Shown piece after piece: positions 61,068-64,000 of a stretch of 64,000 bases of DNA (the first letter of the stretch is position 1; each line of letters begins with the position of its first letter). The notes below the pieces were generated by a model, which searched no databases, had not been told where the DNA came from, and was given only the letters and a program-made list of their open reading frames with translations. Both the position numbers and the translations under genes were made by a program. The stretch is taken from positions 1 through 64,000 of the forward strand of contig CAVRFW010000004.1 in the NCBI GenBank assembly GCA_963720565.1, written 5' to 3'. This DNA comes from Candidatus Bathyarchaeota archaeon. Lineage in GTDB: Archaea; Thermoproteota; Bathyarchaeia; Bathyarchaeales; Bathycorpusculaceae.

Positions 61068-64000
61068 TTGAAGACGGGTGTTTTGGCTGAGCCTGTTCTG
61101 GTTGGCAGAGAACGCGAACTTGAAGAGTTAGGTTCATTCCTGAATCCAGCAGTTGAAGGGAAAGGGCGAACAGTTCTCGTCTCGGGCGAGGCTGGCAGCG
61201 GAAAAACGAGGCTCACACGCGAGTTCCTAACGACAGCGAAGAAGAAAGGCGTGGCTGTGTTGGCCGGCTGGTGCCTCAGCGATGCAGCAGTACCATACTT
61301 CCCTTTCGTAGAAGCATTCAATTCCTACTTCGCCTCCTTAAACGAAGAAGAACCCGTGAGCCTGCGGAAGCCTGATGACCCACTAGGTCGTGCAGGAATC
61401 GCGCAAGTAGCAAGTGAGGAACACGGCATAACAGCGTGGCTGACTGGACTGAAAGCAGCTGAAAAACCTGGCAAGCCGCAACATATTTCGCCTCAGATTT
61501 GGAAAGACCAGGTTTTCGCGGGAGTCGCCAAAACGCTCCATGCAATATCCCTTCAGGAACCCATCATCCTGTTCATCGAAGATATACATTGGGCTGATTC
61601 AGCGTCGCTAGCGCTTCTGCACTACGTTGCACGTACCGTGGATAATTCCGAGAGAATCCTTGTTTTGGCGACTTTTAGAAGCGAAGAATTGACTGCAGAC
61701 GCTGAGGGTCGTCCACACCCGCTTGCCGAAACCTTGCGTTTGATGAGGCGAGAAGACCTATTCACGGAAATCACCCTGTCAAACCTGATTTCAAGCCACG
61801 TCCTAAGAATTGCTGAAAACATGATCGGCGGCCCTGTGGATTTGGCGCTAGCCGACAAACTGTCTAAAGAAAGTCGAGGCAATGCCCTCTTCGTCGTTGA
61901 ATCACTCCGCATGCTTGCGGAACGCAAAAGCCTATTCCAAGAAAACAACAAGTGGCGGCTTGCAGTCGACGAATTGGGTATCCCCTCAAAAATCAAGGAC
62001 ATAATCCTGCGCAGATTAGCCTTGGTGACGAATAGTCAGAGGAGGGTGCTGGACGCGGCTTCGGTTATTGGCGAAAAATTCGATGTTAGTTTGCTCGGCG
62101 CCGTACTCGGGCAGGACACCTTGGAAGTGCTTGAAACGCTAAACGTCGTTTCCCGCTCGAGCTTCCCTGGTGTGTGCTGAAGGAAACTCTTACAGATTTG
62201 ACCATGCAAAATCGCGAGAAGCCCTATACGATGAAATCCCCCTTCCACTTAAACAAGGTTACCATGGCCGAATCGCCGAAAGAATAGAAAAAGCCAATAC
62301 CGAGGGAAAGTTGCCTCTTGCAGACTTGGCATACCACTACGCTCAAGCGGGAAACAGCGAAAAAGCCTTAAAATATGCGATAGAAGCCGGCATGGATGCA
62401 TACGAGAAGTTCAGCAACGCTCAGGCCATCAGCCACTTCACCTACGCGCTAAAAGCTGTGGAGCAAGACCCCAAACGCACCCGAGAACGGACAATTGCCC
62501 TAGAGGGGCTTGGAGACGCCTACGAAGCCAGCAGCATGTTCTTGGACGCTTTGAAAACATTTGAACAGCTTAGCAACATTGCGACGGGCGTTCTGAAATT
62601 ACGAGCTCTCAGGAAAGCTTTGCACGCAGCTTGGCATCAAGGAAACAGTGATCTTGGGACAGAATTAGCAGCCAAAGCTGAAGAATACATAACTCTTGAC
62701 CGCTTAGAAGCCGGGCGCATTTACCTGCAGAAAGCAGCGCTTTATGGGCTAAAAGGCCAAATTGCTCCCACTAGAGAAAACAATCAAAAAGCCCTCCAGA
62801 TTTTTGAGGAAGAGTACTCTCTTCCGGATGTGGCTCAGACGCTCGCACGGGGCAGGTTTTCAATCAGCCCTACAAGGGGAAATAGAAAAAGGATTGACTG
62901 CTGGATTGCTTTCCATTGCGTTTTTCGGTGAGATAGGAGATCTGCGCCAGCAGATGTCAGCGTACAACATGGTAAGTATGGCCCTTGGCCTATGTGGTCT
63001 TTTTCCAGAATCGCAGAAAATTAGGGAAAAGGCTCTCGAAATTGAAGAAAAGGCGAAGCTTGGCGACTTTCACAGTCTGGCGCACATGTACTGGCATTGG
63101 GCCATGACGCTTGATTACCAGGGCAATATCGAACAAGCCTTGTCCAAGAGCTTGAAGGCTCTAGAATACGCAGAAAAGACTGACTCGGCCTCGGTCCAAG
63201 GAATGGTCTACGGACGCCTAGTAATAGAATATGCAAAGAAAGAAGACCCAGAGTCGGCGGACAAGTATTTTGAGAAACTCATAAAACTCCCGCCCCAGTC
63301 ACTTCTAAGCGGGTTTACACAGCTTTCGATGGTCAAGGCTTTTTACTTCGCAAGCAAAAAGAACTGGCAAGAATCTATGCAGCACTTCAAGAAACACCTT
63401 GAATTAATCAAGACTTTTCGGAGTTCAAGTGGACTCTTAAGCCCCCTTGTTGAAGCAGGATCAAAAAGCGCGCATGCTTGGGTTCTATCCAAACAGGGAT
63501 GTGAGCAAGAAGCAGCGGCAGAGATGCAAGAGGCAACCAAAATACTTGCAAACGCACAGAAACAGTTTGAACACCCAAGAGTGCACACAAGTTTAATGGC
63601 GTTCACAAGAGTCATAGTGAGGCAACCCTTCGAGGTTCGGCTAGACTTAGTCAACGTGTCAAGAGGCAGCGTCTCACTCGTCAATATTCAGGACATCCTG
63701 CCCCAAGAATTCCAAGTCACCGCTTCCGAGCCAGAAATCCTGAGAGACGGCTCTTCGGTGCGATTGAAAGATAGCAAACTAGAGCCTTTCACCGTTAAAA
63801 CCGATTAAGCTGACTTTGCAGGCAACCAAGGCAGGCACCTTCAGGCTCAACCCCCAAGCAGTTTACGTCGATGACTTGAGGCAAACCAACATAAGCACAC
63901 CAAGATCAATCACGATAACAGTCAAACCTGCGGAGCTCTCCTTTGAGGTACTGCCCGACCGCGTAACCACAGGCTCTTCCAACCTTGACCGCCTTCTTTT
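61068..64000 (+). CDS. Second STAND NTPase + TPR + Ig-like + KaiC-like protein, runs off the window; frameshifts
   Basis: LVGREREL, GEAGSGKT, FIEDIHWAD, GNALF, YRFDHA and FEHPRVHTSL; the window ends in RVTTGSSNLDRLL, the start of the KaiC-like domain. Confidence 0.85.

Noticed and set aside
1196..63684. Numerous short antisense or overlapping ORFs in the ORF track
   Set aside because: Shadows of longer motif-bearing genes, with no independent evidence.
99..63810. Widespread frameshifts read as pseudogenisation or programmed frameshifting
   Set aside because: More than 20 single-base indels, many in homopolymers, hit unrelated genes whose motifs are otherwise intact and that lack in-frame nonsense decay; this is typical of long-read error. 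Needs read polishing to confirm.

Overview
Archaeal genomic DNA, most consistent with Bathyarchaeia. This is inferred from frequent TTG/GTG starts, archaeal class III pilins, TrmB and PadR regulators, and a PQQ-like beta-propeller surface protein. Many genes are split by single-base indels, often in homopolymers, which most likely reflects an unpolished long-read assembly; I joined the fragments by hand. Layout: (1) 0.1-4.1 kb: degenerate trans-prenyltransferase, a convergent 73-aa peptide with a near-C-terminal Trp, an MFS transporter and an anticodon-domain-less Asn/Asp-tRNA synthetase paralog; this is a candidate archaeal ComQ/ComX-like prenylated-peptide locus. (2) 4.4-26.2 kb: MoxR AAA+/VWA pair, hypotheticals, a type IV pilus operon (two major pilins, minor pilins, ATPase, membrane platform, no ArlH), TrmB and MinD/ParA. 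(3) 26.7-40 kb: accessory region of surface enzymes and small unrelated genes separated by short dispersed repeats. (4) 40-47.8 kb: two-component locus and a PadR-regulated ABC exporter. (5) 47.9-64 kb: tandem array in which orphan LivJ-like substrate-binding proteins with prepilin-like N-termini are paired with large cytoplasmic (STAND NTPase)-TPR-Ig-degenerate KaiC proteins; this is a candidate undescribed signalling system. I recognised no rRNA, tRNA, CRISPR array or intact transposase.
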